The notes under the pieces: model-generated | What the model was told of the DNA's origin: nothing | The model's input: only the letters and a program-made list of their open reading frames with translations | Databases searched by the model: none | Part shown: piece by piece, positions 40,429 to 50,237 of the stretch | Layout: each line of letters starts with the position of its first letter | Numbering within the stretch: position 1 is the stretch's first letter | From: Calditrichia bacterium | Lineage (GTDB): Bacteria > Calditrichota > Calditrichia > RBG-13-44-9 > J075 | Direction of reading: 5' to 3' | DNA length: 64,000 bases | NCBI GenBank assembly: GCA_050633245.1 | Contig: JBOEGD010000011.1 | Span: 492,985 to 556,984, forward strand | Program-made: the position numbers and the translations under genes

Positions 40429-41190
40429 TTAAGTTACCAGAGTTTCCATTACCCATAAGATAATTCCGGCTACCCCCTGCAACAAAAGCAATGCAAAAGC
40501 AACAGAGGCGATCAGCTTCATTAGTGTCTTTGGGTAGGGTTTTGGAAAAAAGTGATATGCTCCCCACAGTGTCAAAAAGCTGAGAATACCTACGACCACC
40601 AGGCCCTCGACAATCAAATCATCATTCATTAAAGGCGAGGTTGTGCTGAACAAGCTTATGAACAGCTTTAAAACAATTACGTATAAAATCATTTTGGACG
40701 TTATATACATCAGAAAACAATAGGCTTCGGTGGTATTATAATTCTGCTTTCGAAACAAGAATCCAAGCATTGCTGCAATTGGCAATAGCAACAAGCTCAA
40801 TACAATCCCATACTGAAGGGTTTGTGAGAGACTTCCAATCCAGGTGTCGGCACTAGCTCGAACCGGGGTTACAGCCGGTTCTCCCAGCACAAAAGCCGAT
40901 GCAATATTCAGTGCAATACTAAAAAGGAAAAAACGAAATGGATTCCAATATCCGGCACGCTTGCCATTCTTATAGTCAAGAACAAACTGACCCGGATTTT
41001 TTATAAGCGCCATCGTCGTTCTAATCACTGAGTAATCGAGCCCTGCAACATCACGAGCCACACCACTAACCAAGCTCTTTAGGCTCAGTCTGCCAGTCCC
41101 GGCCTTTTGGCCGCAAGAGCCACAAAAGGAACCGCCTAAAATCGAGCTACAATTCAAACACTTTACTGGTTCCGTCACTTCTTTACCCAT
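40429..41190 (-). CDS. DUF3667 membrane protein
   Basis: CLNC......FCGSCGQK zinc ribbon, PG......GKR..Y.NPFRFFL, multiple TMs. Confidence 0.85.
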   Translation of the reverse strand: MGKEVTEPVKCLNCSSILGGSFCGSCGQKAGTGRLSLKSLVSGVARDVAGLDYSVIRTTMALIKNPGQFVLDYKNGKRAGYWNPFRFFLFSIALNIASAFVLGEPAVTPVRASADTWIGSLSQTLQYGIVLSLLLLPIAAMLGFLFRKQNYNTTEAYCFLMYITSKMILYVIVLKLFISLFSTTSPLMNDDLIVEGLVVVGILSFLTLWGAYHFFPKPYPKTLMKLIASVAFALLLLQGVAGIILWVMETLVT

Positions 41191-43853
41191 ATTGCCAAAC
41201 TGCGTTTGTCCACTTTAATGGAATACTTGCGCTTACCCGTTAATTTTTGGGGCAATGTGCTACTCTTAACGCCCTTCTGATGGTTCACGGCTTCATTTGT
41301 CGCAACCAAGCGCCAGTTTCCCACCGGAATTTCCAGACGTTTAAACTCGAACGGTTTATCCCCGGCATTCATTAATACGAGAACTGAGTTATTTACGATA
41401 TAACCCAGCAAGCTTTCTTCCGGTGGCGAGATAAAGTGATAATATCCCTGAGGTAATTTCTCTGCCTGGCGAAAAACCTGTCCGTATTTGCTCATGCGCA
41501 ATTCATTCATTCCCTTCCAAAAAGCAAACATGTTTTTGTAATCATTCTTATTGGCCCCATCCGGACTTGCCCCGACGGTTTCCCAAAGAAATTGATTTGC
41601 AAAACGATGATTATAGGTATCACGCTTTCCATGCAGATATACTTTAATTCCGGCATTGGTCGTTTTTACAACCTCTTTCAACGGAGCGGCAGCCTTACTT
41701 CGCATGATCTCGGAACCGCCGTGGGTAACAATGGGCCCGGCTGTTGTATAAAGGAGTGTAACCGCCAGCTTGTAAGCATCCTGATCTACCTCAAGACGAC
41801 CGTCGAAGTCCTTTGACCCAAACTGATCGGCCAGAGCAAAATTGTCGTGAATATCGAGATAGCTTATGCCACTGAGTGGAGTTTTGTCATCGAGGAAACT
41901 GTTTTCCAAACCGAGCATCACATTTGCGCGCTCCGAGAAATTACCCCCTGCCCAGCCACGATCTTTCTTTTTGTCATTCAATTCGAAGACCGGCCCTTTG
42001 TAAGCATTGCGCGATTCGTCCTGAAAGAACGTAATCGGAGAGTCTTCCTTATACCAATCCCAATCCGGATTTGCCTCATATTCCGGATCGTTGGAAGCAA
42101 TCCAGGGCTCTCCGTAGACAATCTTATCATGTCCAATCTCTTTGCGCAGTGCTATAAGCGTTTGTTCATCAATTTGACCGGCGAGGTCAATACGAAAACC
42201 ATCGATACCAAATTCTTCTATGAAGTGCTTACACTGGTCTATCAGCCAGCGCTGCACCATTGGGCGATTCTCCGTCTTCACCTCATTACCATAAGCACCA
42301 ATATGCTGAAAGTCTTTGGTGCGATAGTAATATTGCTTGTCGATGCCGTTAAAATTGAAATACCACTCATTGCCGTCCATGTTCTCGGCGGTATGGTTTG
42401 GCACAATATCGATAATCACGGCAATTCCTTTGTTGTGAAATGCCTGAACCAGATCGCGAAACTCATTGCGTTCTGCGCCCGGCTCTTTTCCTTTGGTCCT
42501 GAACTTGGACTCTACAGCAAAACAGTGGGACGTCCGGTATCCCCACTGATAATTCTCTTCGCTGATTCCCTGGCTAATCATGTACGGATCGTTTTCGAAG
42601 GATTCCTTCCAATCATCATCCTTGTGGTGTAAATATTCCTGAACCGGAAGCAGATGCAACGTATTGATACCAAGATCAACCAGATAATCGAAGCCGATCT
42701 TTTCGCCACGAGAGTTCTTCAACCCCGGAATCGTCATAGCCTTCATGGTTCCCTGCAAAGACTCGTCCACAGGTAGCTGGTCGGTAAAGTCCTGAACATG
42801 AACCTCATAGGCAATAACATCCTCTAAAGCGGGAATACCATTTTTTAGTGGTGATGCAGGCTTGGTGGCTTCCCATATCCGTGCTTTTCCCCATGTATTG
42901 TCGCTAACACGTGCATAGGGATCGGTAACATGAACGGCATTGGTCTCATAAAAATGATTGCCGGGGTCGGTTGCGCCATGAATTGTAAAATCGTAATAAA
43001 CACCCTGTAGGCTTTTGTCAAAAAAGGCCTCCCAAACGCCATCATCATCTGTCTTCATCTCAATGGTTCGATAAGCATTTTCATCATTCTTTCCCTTGTA
43101 GAGATAGAGCTTTACCATTTCTGCACGTGGGGCAAATAGTCTGACAGTAGTTTCCTCTCCATGAATGTTTGCACCTAGTTCTTTTGTAGAGTGCAGTTCG
43201 CGAAACCAGCCATCAAATGAGCAATTTGTTTTCAGCTTGCTCTCCGGAATCTCAAGAAAGTAGACGCGACGTATATCCAGATCTTCAGCTGGGGTTATCA
43301 GCGTTTCTGTTGCCGTATTTGGCAGCACCCCGGCGATTGGTATAATCTTGCCATTGGCATCAGTCAGGCGATACTTTTTTGAGTCCAGTGGTCGATCTCC
43401 GGCTATCTCAGCCCAAATAGCTCGTGGACCACGCATTTCAGCTTTTAACGTCTGTAAAACGGCCTCCTTCATAAAGACCAGATTACCGCCTTGCTCATTT
43501 GTCGCACCAGCTGGCGGGCTAAGCCACTGACCATCGTTAATGCGAAATTTGAATTCATTGCGTAAATAAACGGTGCCGTAATCCTTATTGGGTACCGTTA
43601 GCGTCCACACGTTTCCAGATGGCATTAGTGCCCAGGTCTCATCATCCATACGCTGATCCCAATTGCGGAAGCTTCCGGTTACGGTTACCTTCTGGGCTTT
43701 AACACCATATAATAGCGGGTCAAATATAAACGTTACAGCATCATCCGTTGCCTGATAGCCTTGTAGGCGCTCGGTGGCTGTCCATGACTGTGAGAGAAGC
43801 GGGAATGCAATGAAAGAGGAAAGACAAAGAAGAAACACGTATCGTGTCAGCAT
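41175..43853 (-). CDS. Secreted pullulanase-like GH13 with N-terminal CBM48-like module
   Basis: YEVHVQDFT, LGINTLHLLPV, YQWGY, DIVPNH, DGFRIDL, YGEPW, IHDN. Confidence 0.9.
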   Translation of the reverse strand: MLTRYVFLLCLSSFIAFPLLSQSWTATERLQGYQATDDAVTFIFDPLLYGVKAQKVTVTGSFRNWDQRMDDETWALMPSGNVWTLTVPNKDYGTVYLRNEFKFRINDGQWLSPPAGATNEQGGNLVFMKEAVLQTLKAEMRGPRAIWAEIAGDRPLDSKKYRLTDANGKIIPIAGVLPNTATETLITPAEDLDIRRVYFLEIPESKLKTNCSFDGWFRELHSTKELGANIHGEETTVRLFAPRAEMVKLYLYKGKNDENAYRTIEMKTDDDGVWEAFFDKSLQGVYYDFTIHGATDPGNHFYETNAVHVTDPYARVSDNTWGKARIWEATKPASPLKNGIPALEDVIAYEVHVQDFTDQLPVDESLQGTMKAMTIPGLKNSRGEKIGFDYLVDLGINTLHLLPVQEYLHHKDDDWKESFENDPYMISQGISEENYQWGYRTSHCFAVESKFRTKGKEPGAERNEFRDLVQAFHNKGIAVIIDIVPNHTAENMDGNEWYFNFNGIDKQYYYRTKDFQHIGAYGNEVKTENRPMVQRWLIDQCKHFIEEFGIDGFRIDLAGQIDEQTLIALRKEIGHDKIVYGEPWIASNDPEYEANPDWDWYKEDSPITFFQDESRNAYKGPVFELNDKKKDRGWAGGNFSERANVMLGLENSFLDDKTPLSGISYLDIHDNFALADQFGSKDFDGRLEVDQDAYKLAVTLLYTTAGPIVTHGGSEIMRSKAAAPLKEVVKTTNAGIKVYLHGKRDTYNHRFANQFLWETVGASPDGANKNDYKNMFAFWKGMNELRMSKYGQVFRQAEKLPQGYYHFISPPEESLLGYIVNNSVLVLMNAGDKPFEFKRLEIPVGNWRLVATNEAVNHQKGVKSSTLPQKLTGKRKYSIKVDKRSLAIWVKK

Positions 43854-43980
43854 AGCGGAATCCTTCTATCAGAGGTTGCAAATAATAGATTGAAGTGGAT
43901 TTAGGGTCGACACATAATAATACGACCTAAAAAACTATACAAGAAGGAAATTTGCCAAAAATGGCAAAGTGGTGTATTGC

Positions 43981-44253
43981 TCAGGCGTTTCTTGAAATGC
44001 CAGACGCCGCCTGGGCTGAGGTTATTACCGGAACGACTTCAAACGAAACCAGATCCTCCCAGTTTGCAATCCACTCATGCAGAAGGCTTTCATCTGCGCA
44101 CTCCATTACCTGGTAACACTTCGACAGGTCTTTGGTAACCCAGCTGTTCACGTAGTTTAGGCCATCTGGTGCAAGCCGCCCTCTCTCACGAAAGCGACGA
44201 TAAACCGGAACGGCATTACCACCCCGAAAGTGTTCAATTATCATATAAAGCAT
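43981..44253 (-). CDS. DUF3303 family protein
   Basis: MLYMIIEHF, RGRLAPDGL.YV.SW, W.DLV.FEVVPV. Confidence 0.8.
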   Translation of the reverse strand: MLYMIIEHFRGGNAVPVYRRFRERGRLAPDGLNYVNSWVTKDLSKCYQVMECADESLLHEWIANWEDLVSFEVVPVITSAQAASGISRNA

Positions 44254-44270
44254 TTGGCCTCTTATCTGTA

Positions 44271-45170
44271 TTATAATGCGATAGGCTGCGTGGAAATAAT
44301 CATATTACGCGCATAAATATAAGCAGGAGGCAATCCGGACGCCCAATTGCCATGCGTACGCGAAGTAGAGTGAAGCCATGCCCCGGCCGTTTTGAAACCA
44401 TAGTTTGCATTCCAGTCAGGCACGTCAAACTCAACAATTTTATACACCGCTTCTTCATCAAAACGCCGCGCCCAGATGTGCAGCTTTTTTCCGGCAAAGT
44501 CGAAATGATACGTCAGGCGAATCCAAACGCCCGGTGCCCAACGGAAACAGGTTCCATGTGGTGCGTTTTCATTCCAAATACAACTGGTATCGCCGCCGGG
44601 CTGTTCATCATATCCATCAGGTGTTTGAACACGCACCTCACCATCAGGAATCGGACAACCATCACGATGATAGACGTGTGGCGCCTCGTCGAAACCTACG
44701 TTCATGGTAAGGCGTCGCTCATCGGTGCACTCTTGCTTACTATCATCTTCCCAGCGCCACAACTTCATACCATAGTCATCATACGGACCGGTAAACAGCA
44801 CCGGGTCGAGCATAATCTCGTGCTGCGTATACACTGAGCCTGTCGTAAAAGGAAATTCGTAGCGCAATTGCGTCAGTGGTTCATCATCGAGAATCGGCAA
44901 TTTCGCTGCATCAGTAGACGAATCGTATTGAGGATATGCCGGATCTCCGGGGTCATTACTACCGTGCGCATCCCTGTCGATATCAGATTGTGAACGCCAG
45001 CTGACGCTGCCGACAACGCCCGACTTTTGTCGCTCGGCTTCAAAATGGGCATTGCCTTCACCAGGCCCTAAGCCAATCTTGGGACCATCATCATCACCAT
45101 CTCCACCTGAGCTACTGCTACAGGCTACCAACCCAACAAGAATAAACACAACATATATTAAGCGCATCAT
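44271..45170 (-). CDS. Hypothetical lipoprotein with probable jelly-roll domain
   Basis: RBS GGAG before ATG 45170; lipobox LVAC plus Ser/Gly/Asp linker; PGVWIRLTYHF, LHIW, IYARNMIIS. Confidence 0.65.
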   Translation of the reverse strand: MMRLIYVVFILVGLVACSSSSGGDGDDDGPKIGLGPGEGNAHFEAERQKSGVVGSVSWRSQSDIDRDAHGSNDPGDPAYPQYDSSTDAAKLPILDDEPLTQLRYEFPFTTGSVYTQHEIMLDPVLFTGPYDDYGMKLWRWEDDSKQECTDERRLTMNVGFDEAPHVYHRDGCPIPDGEVRVQTPDGYDEQPGGDTSCIWNENAPHGTCFRWAPGVWIRLTYHFDFAGKKLHIWARRFDEEAVYKIVEFDVPDWNANYGFKTAGAWLHSTSRTHGNWASGLPPAYIYARNMIISTQPIAL

Positions 45171-45371
45171 AGCTTCTCCAGAATGTATACAAGTAGATTC
45201 GACTGAAAAGGTATCAGTTTTAGGATAAGATGAATTGATAGGGCGCAAGCTGTTCATGAATTAAATTTGGTAAAGGTTCTGCAATATACATGGCTTGGAG
45301 GTGAAAATATGGAGAGCGGTGAACGATGAACGAAAAACGACGAACGAATATGCTATCAATCTAATTAAGGC

Positions 45372-45956
45372 TCAGGCCGCGAATTCGATTTCCGGAATAA
45401 TTGCAAGAATGCGGCAGTCGACATCAAAGGTAACGCTTTGGTGGACGCTGCCCGGCTCAGCTACAAGATAGTCACCCTGTTGCAGATATTGATTGTTAAG
45501 CGTGCAGGTGCCGTACAAAACAAAGACTTCCTCTCGTCCCTTATGCACGTGCTGAGGAAGCGTACTGCCGGCACGAAAATCGAGCAAAACGGTGCGTGTC
45601 TTTTGAATCCGGTTCTCACTAAGTACTCGCATTCGGATTCCCGGAAAAACGGGTTGCCAGTCTTCCTCGGTTCCCGGTCGATGATGAAACGACTCCTTTA
45701 ACTTCTCAGCTGCCAATTCAGCTTCTATTTTTGCCATCAGGGAAAGCTTAATAGACGGAGGCGGCACCTGGGGTGACACAAACTCCCCGAGGAGACCGAT
45801 CAACTCCTCATAGTCTTCCAGAAGCAGCAGTTCATTTGGGTTCAGCTTATTCAAGGCACTCTTCAATTCATCTTCTTCGGAAGAATCGAGAGAACGCATC
45901 GCGTATGCGGCAAGCATATCGCGAATTTCATCAAGTGAAAGGTTCTTACGCTTCAT
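45372..45956 (-). CDS. Anti-sigma factor with ChrR-like cupin domain
   Basis: LAAYAMRSL and PPPSIK.SLM anti-sigma N-terminus; PGIRMRVL, LPQHVH...EEVFVL.G, GDY, GSVH. Confidence 0.82.
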   Translation of the reverse strand: MKRKNLSLDEIRDMLAAYAMRSLDSSEEDELKSALNKLNPNELLLLEDYEELIGLLGEFVSPQVPPPSIKLSLMAKIEAELAAEKLKESFHHRPGTEEDWQPVFPGIRMRVLSENRIQKTRTVLLDFRAGSTLPQHVHKGREEVFVLYGTCTLNNQYLQQGDYLVAEPGSVHQSVTFDVDCRILAIIPEIEFAA

Positions 45957-45962
45957 AGAGGT

Positions 45963-46538
45963 TCAAACTTCTTGTTTCAGGTCGTTAATTACAGATTGGC
46001 GTAACTTTTCCATTCCCAATCGCAATCTACTTTTTATAGTGCCAAGTGGTAATCCACTTTCTTCGGCAATTTCTGAGTGCGTCAGTCCGGCAAAGTAGGC
46101 CAACTCCAGCAACTCTTTTTGTTCCTTTGGCAAACTTTCCAAGGCGGACTTTAGCTTCGCACTAATTTGCAACGCATGCGTATTACTGTCTGGCAAGCTT
46201 GCTGCCTCGGCAAAACGCTGGTCGAGCTTTTCATCTGTTTCTAATGCCTGATACCGCCTGGATCGCAACATGTCGATACAGCGATTGCGACACAGGTAGT
46301 TCATCCATGTTGAAGCGCGCCCTTTTGTCGCTGTAAAACTCCCTGCACCGCGCCAAATTGCAAGAAAAGCCTCTTGCAAAGCATCTTGAGCAACACGATT
46401 TTCGCGCAAGACGGCGAGGCATATACCAAATAAACGAGCAGAGTGCCTCGAATAGATCACTTGAAACGCTTCTTGATCGTTTTTAGCAATCTTCGACAAC
46501 AGTTCTTCGTCGGATATTTTGGATTCTGGCAAATTCAT
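45963..46538 (-). CDS. ECF sigma-70 factor
   Basis: AQDALQEAFLAIW, RNRCIDMLR, LAYFAGLTHSEIA...GLPLGTIKSRLR. Confidence 0.95.
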   Translation of the reverse strand: MNLPESKISDEELLSKIAKNDQEAFQVIYSRHSARLFGICLAVLRENRVAQDALQEAFLAIWRGAGSFTATKGRASTWMNYLCRNRCIDMLRSRRYQALETDEKLDQRFAEAASLPDSNTHALQISAKLKSALESLPKEQKELLELAYFAGLTHSEIAEESGLPLGTIKSRLRLGMEKLRQSVINDLKQEV

Positions 46539-46625
46539 TTCAGGGTTCAGTTAAGGGTTTGATAAACTTTAAGATAGATAAAAGCCGCTGCGAAATCAAG
46601 TGCGTGGCTGCTTTCTATAATTCAA

Positions 46626-47063
46626 TTAATCGGAAATAGAGCGCATATCGTTTGCTTTCTCGAACTGGTGTGAGCCGGGAGGACCAAGCATGAGAAGAAT
46701 AGCGACAAGCTGGAGAACCACGATAGTGGTGCTTAGTGCAGAGTTGATGGAAATTTCATGATATACCAGCAAAAGAGACTTTATGTAAGCTGGCGCTCCA
46801 AGAACAAAAAAGCCGATAAAGGTATACAAGGCCCATTTTTTTCCAATGGCGATATTGCGAATCAAAACAATGTTCCAGAAGAGAAAAAACACGAAGAACG
46901 ATACAAGCAACCAGTTGTTGAACAAACCTTCAACAATCTGCTGGTTAAAAACAACATTCAAGAGGGTTAACGCCACGGATCCCCACAACAACTTCACAGC
47001 TAAGGCAAGCTGCGGCGCACCGGAATGATCGTTTTCATCAAACAACATATTTAACATCCACAT
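46626..47063 (-). CDS. Hypothetical membrane protein
   Basis: About 4 hydrophobic segments, GKKWA motif. Confidence 0.6.
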   Translation of the reverse strand: MWMLNMLFDENDHSGAPQLALAVKLLWGSVALTLLNVVFNQQIVEGLFNNWLLVSFFVFFLFWNIVLIRNIAIGKKWALYTFIGFFVLGAPAYIKSLLLVYHEISINSALSTTIVVLQLVAILLMLGPPGSHQFEKANDMRSISD

Positions 47064-47199
47064 ATTTTTTGTCTAAAGATGGCATCTCAGGTCTTTCTAT
47101 TCAACTCTTTTATGATAATCTAACTATGCGCCTGTGATACTTTCATGAGAAATAACACGTAATATGTTTGCGACTTCTAAACTGAGAACGGAGACAGAC

Positions 47200-48747
47200 A
47201 TGCGATTTTTAACTTTCTTTACGCTACTTCTCATGATTCCGCTATTACTTGTAGCTGGAGAGAAAAATGCGAGGTTCCTTAACGAAACAGATGCACTGCT
47301 AACGCAGATTGTAAGCGATGGACTTGTTGACTACGACAAGCTAAACAGCATGCTAAAACCGCAGCTTAACTCTTTGGCAAACCAAATTTCAACAATGCCC
47401 GAGTCCGAGCTAGCCAATGCCAATGTGCGTAAGGCCTTTCTTATAAATGCCTATAACATTCTTACTCTAAGCGGTATTGTGGCAAATATGCCAATCAACT
47501 CTCCTCAGGATGTAGGTGGATTCTTCGACCGACATAAATACAGCGTTGCCGGAGAACAACTCACCTTAAATGATCTCGAGAACAAAAAAATTCGTGAGCC
47601 GTATGGCGATGCCCGTATCCACTTTGTATTGGTTTGCGCAGCAAAGGGCTGCCCTATCTTGATCCCGGAGGCCTATCGACCTGAGACTCTCGACAAGCAG
47701 CTCGAAAGGCAAACGCGACAGGCGTTGAACGATCCGCTGCATGTCGAGGTCGATGCTGCCGCAAAAGAGGTAAAGGTCTCGGAGCTTTTTAAATGGTATA
47801 AGCAGGACTTTACGACCGATGGCAAAAGCATTCTGGACTATGTAAACTTGTTCCGCAACAAAACTATACCGGCAGATTATTCCGTTAGCTATAAAACCTA
47901 CAACTGGGCATTGAATAATTTATCGATGAAGAAGGAAGCAACCGGCGCTACAGATGTGAGCCTGCAAGCTTACACTCCCTCTACCCTACTACGTCCTGGT
48001 CAACTGGAAGTAAAGGTTTTCAATAACCTTTATACGCAAACATCCTTTTTTGATGGAGACAGAAACGAAACCGATCAAAACAGTCGCTCCAGTTTTTTCA
48101 GTGGAATTACGACTATTTTTTACGGTCTTACGCCACGCATTAATATTGGAATGGATGTCTATGTCCGCTCGGTTCGCAACGACGATGATGGAAGCTCACC
48201 ATTCGCCTTGTTCAAATTTGACTCGGATCAAAATTCGCGTACCGCGTTAACTCAAATCGGCCCGAAAGTCAAAGTAACCCCATTTAGCAACCTGCCAAGT
48301 CTAACGTTTCAGACCACAGCACTCTTTGCTCTGCCGTCGAATCTCGATGGAGCTGATGCGAGTCAGTCGCAACCCTTTCTGGATTTCGACGGCATTCAGT
48401 GGTTTAATCAAATCTTCTATGATCGTTCACTCTCAGACAACACGCTGATCTACTTTGAAGGTGGATTCTTCGTGCGCTTCGATTCGGAGTTTGAAGATTT
48501 CTTTACCCCGCTAAAGGCTATCTTTAATTATTTTCCATCAGATAAAGTTACGCTGTATTTACCGACTGAATTCACTTCCTTTTGGCAGGAAGGATCTGTA
48601 AATGGTTACTATGCCCAGTTCGGGCTTGGTGCAAAATATCAGCTAACCAGCAATTTGGAAATCGAAGGTTTGTTTACTGACTTCTCACTTGGAAAGAATC
48701 AGGGAGCTGGACAGACATTTAATCTTGGGTTTCGATTTATTCGATAG
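47200..48747 (+). CDS. DUF547 domain fused to a C-terminal probable beta-barrel
   Basis: Signal peptide; GLVDY, AFLINAYN, DARIHFVLVCAAKGCP, SELFKWY..DF, YNWALN; then YTPSTLL...FNNLYTQ...AGQTFNLGFRF. Confidence 0.85.
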   Translation: MRFLTFFTLLLMIPLLLVAGEKNARFLNETDALLTQIVSDGLVDYDKLNSMLKPQLNSLANQISTMPESELANANVRKAFLINAYNILTLSGIVANMPINSPQDVGGFFDRHKYSVAGEQLTLNDLENKKIREPYGDARIHFVLVCAAKGCPILIPEAYRPETLDKQLERQTRQALNDPLHVEVDAAAKEVKVSELFKWYKQDFTTDGKSILDYVNLFRNKTIPADYSVSYKTYNWALNNLSMKKEATGATDVSLQAYTPSTLLRPGQLEVKVFNNLYTQTSFFDGDRNETDQNSRSSFFSGITTIFYGLTPRINIGMDVYVRSVRNDDDGSSPFALFKFDSDQNSRTALTQIGPKVKVTPFSNLPSLTFQTTALFALPSNLDGADASQSQPFLDFDGIQWFNQIFYDRSLSDNTLIYFEGGFFVRFDSEFEDFFTPLKAIFNYFPSDKVTLYLPTEFTSFWQEGSVNGYYAQFGLGAKYQLTSNLEIEGLFTDFSLGKNQGAGQTFNLGFRFIR

Positions 48748-48913
48748 CCAAAACAGGTATCAGGTGTAATTAAAGATTTGAAGATTAGCTAATTGTAAAT
48801 TCAATCTTTGCCGGAACAACCTAAATTCTGGTTCATCTTGTTGGAAAAGGGCATTCTCTATTGTATTTTGAGACGATTAAAATAAGGCTATTCGAATAGA
48901 GAGTGCATAATAA

Positions 48914-50179
48914 ATGTTGAAGAATCTACTTACGGCTCTGTTTGTAATTACAAGCGGAGCCTTTTTTACGCTAGCCGCAAACGACACGATTGCAGAAGTT
49001 TCATTTACCGGACTGAGCAAAACTAAGCCTGACTATATACGCCAGTATATAGTGTCGACTGAAGGCGGTGAATACAATCAGAAAACTGTGGAACGTGATG
49101 CTCAAAACCTTCGCAATATTGGCTTGTTTACAGAAGTAACATTATCAATAAAAGAAAGTCCGGACGGATATTACATCACCTTCAACTGCACAGAGCTTAT
49201 TACCCTGCTGCCTATAATAAACCTGGGTGGTCTGAGCGATAATTTTTGGTATCAACTGGGTGCAATGGATATAAACTGGCTTGGACGAGGCAATACGTTG
49301 GGTGGTTATTATCGCTACTACGATCGCCATTCTTTTGCAGCCTTTTTGGAGATTCCAAGGCTGATTGGTCAGCGCTGGGGCATAACAACCAGCATCTCTC
49401 ACATTTCCACAATTGAGCCTGCATTTTTTTCCGAAGGAATCGCAGAATATGATGTTGACAATCAGGCTTATTTGGCAAGTATTCGTTACAATCTTGGCAC
49501 AAATAGTAGAATAGAGTTGGGTGGCGGCCTGCTTGAGGAAAATTATCTAAAGAACCTGGAGCGATCGGGCATGAATTCACCCGGCCCGGACGAACAGTCC
49601 TTTACCAAGTGGCTAATAAAACTAAGCGCCATGCAAGAATCTATCGACTACTTCTATCACTATCTCAATGGATACTCAAATGAGATCTTTCTGGAGACGG
49701 TGCGCACTGAAGACGAAGAGGGTGGATTTTGGAAAGTACTCAACATCTCGAAGTTCTTTAAGCGAATTAAGAAGAAAGGCAATTGGGCCTCACGAATAAG
49801 ACTTGGTTTATCAACCAACAAGCAATCTCCGTTTGTCCCTTTTGTGCTAGACAGCTATTTAACAGCACGTGGAAGCGGGAATCGCAGTTCGCGTGGAACA
49901 GCCGAGTTCACCATAAACACCGAATACAGGCACTCCGTTTTCGAGCGCAAGTCCGGCGCCATCCAAGCCGTCATATTTCTAGATGCCTCTGCCTGGCGTC
50001 CTGCAGCCGGGACGGTGAAGAGCATGTTCAATCGTGAAAACAATGTAACGCTTGCCGGTATTGGCGGAAGACTTTACCTGAAGAGGTTTAACAATCTTAT
50101 CATCCGAGCAGACTATGGCGTTAGTCTTACGACTGATGGACAACACGGCGTCGTTTTTGGAATTGGTCAGTATTTCTAA
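48914..50179 (+). CDS. Omp85/BamA-TamA family outer-membrane protein with a single POTRA domain
   Basis: F.GL.KTK...I, DAQNLRNIGLF..V (POTRA); NWLGRG, INTEYR, GIGGR, RADYG, C-terminal FGIGQYF. Confidence 0.85.
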   Translation: MLKNLLTALFVITSGAFFTLAANDTIAEVSFTGLSKTKPDYIRQYIVSTEGGEYNQKTVERDAQNLRNIGLFTEVTLSIKESPDGYYITFNCTELITLLPIINLGGLSDNFWYQLGAMDINWLGRGNTLGGYYRYYDRHSFAAFLEIPRLIGQRWGITTSISHISTIEPAFFSEGIAEYDVDNQAYLASIRYNLGTNSRIELGGGLLEENYLKNLERSGMNSPGPDEQSFTKWLIKLSAMQESIDYFYHYLNGYSNEIFLETVRTEDEEGGFWKVLNISKFFKRIKKKGNWASRIRLGLSTNKQSPFVPFVLDSYLTARGSGNRSSRGTAEFTINTEYRHSVFERKSGAIQAVIFLDASAWRPAAGTVKSMFNRENNVTLAGIGGRLYLKRFNNLIIRADYGVSLTTDGQHGVVFGIGQYF

Positions 50180-50182
50180 GAA

Positions 50183-50217
50183 CAAAAGCGCGTCGCACGA
50201 TGGCGAGCACGCTTTTG
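50183..50217. terminator. Bidirectional terminator between convergent genes
   Basis: CAAAAGCG...CGCTTTTG imperfect hairpin. Confidence 0.65.
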
Positions 50218-50237
50218 AAGGAGAGTTGAAAGGTTTC

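Noticed and set aside
41847-42632. 261-aa plus-strand ORF
   Set aside because: Antisense to the pullulanase catalytic domain, with no recognisable motif.
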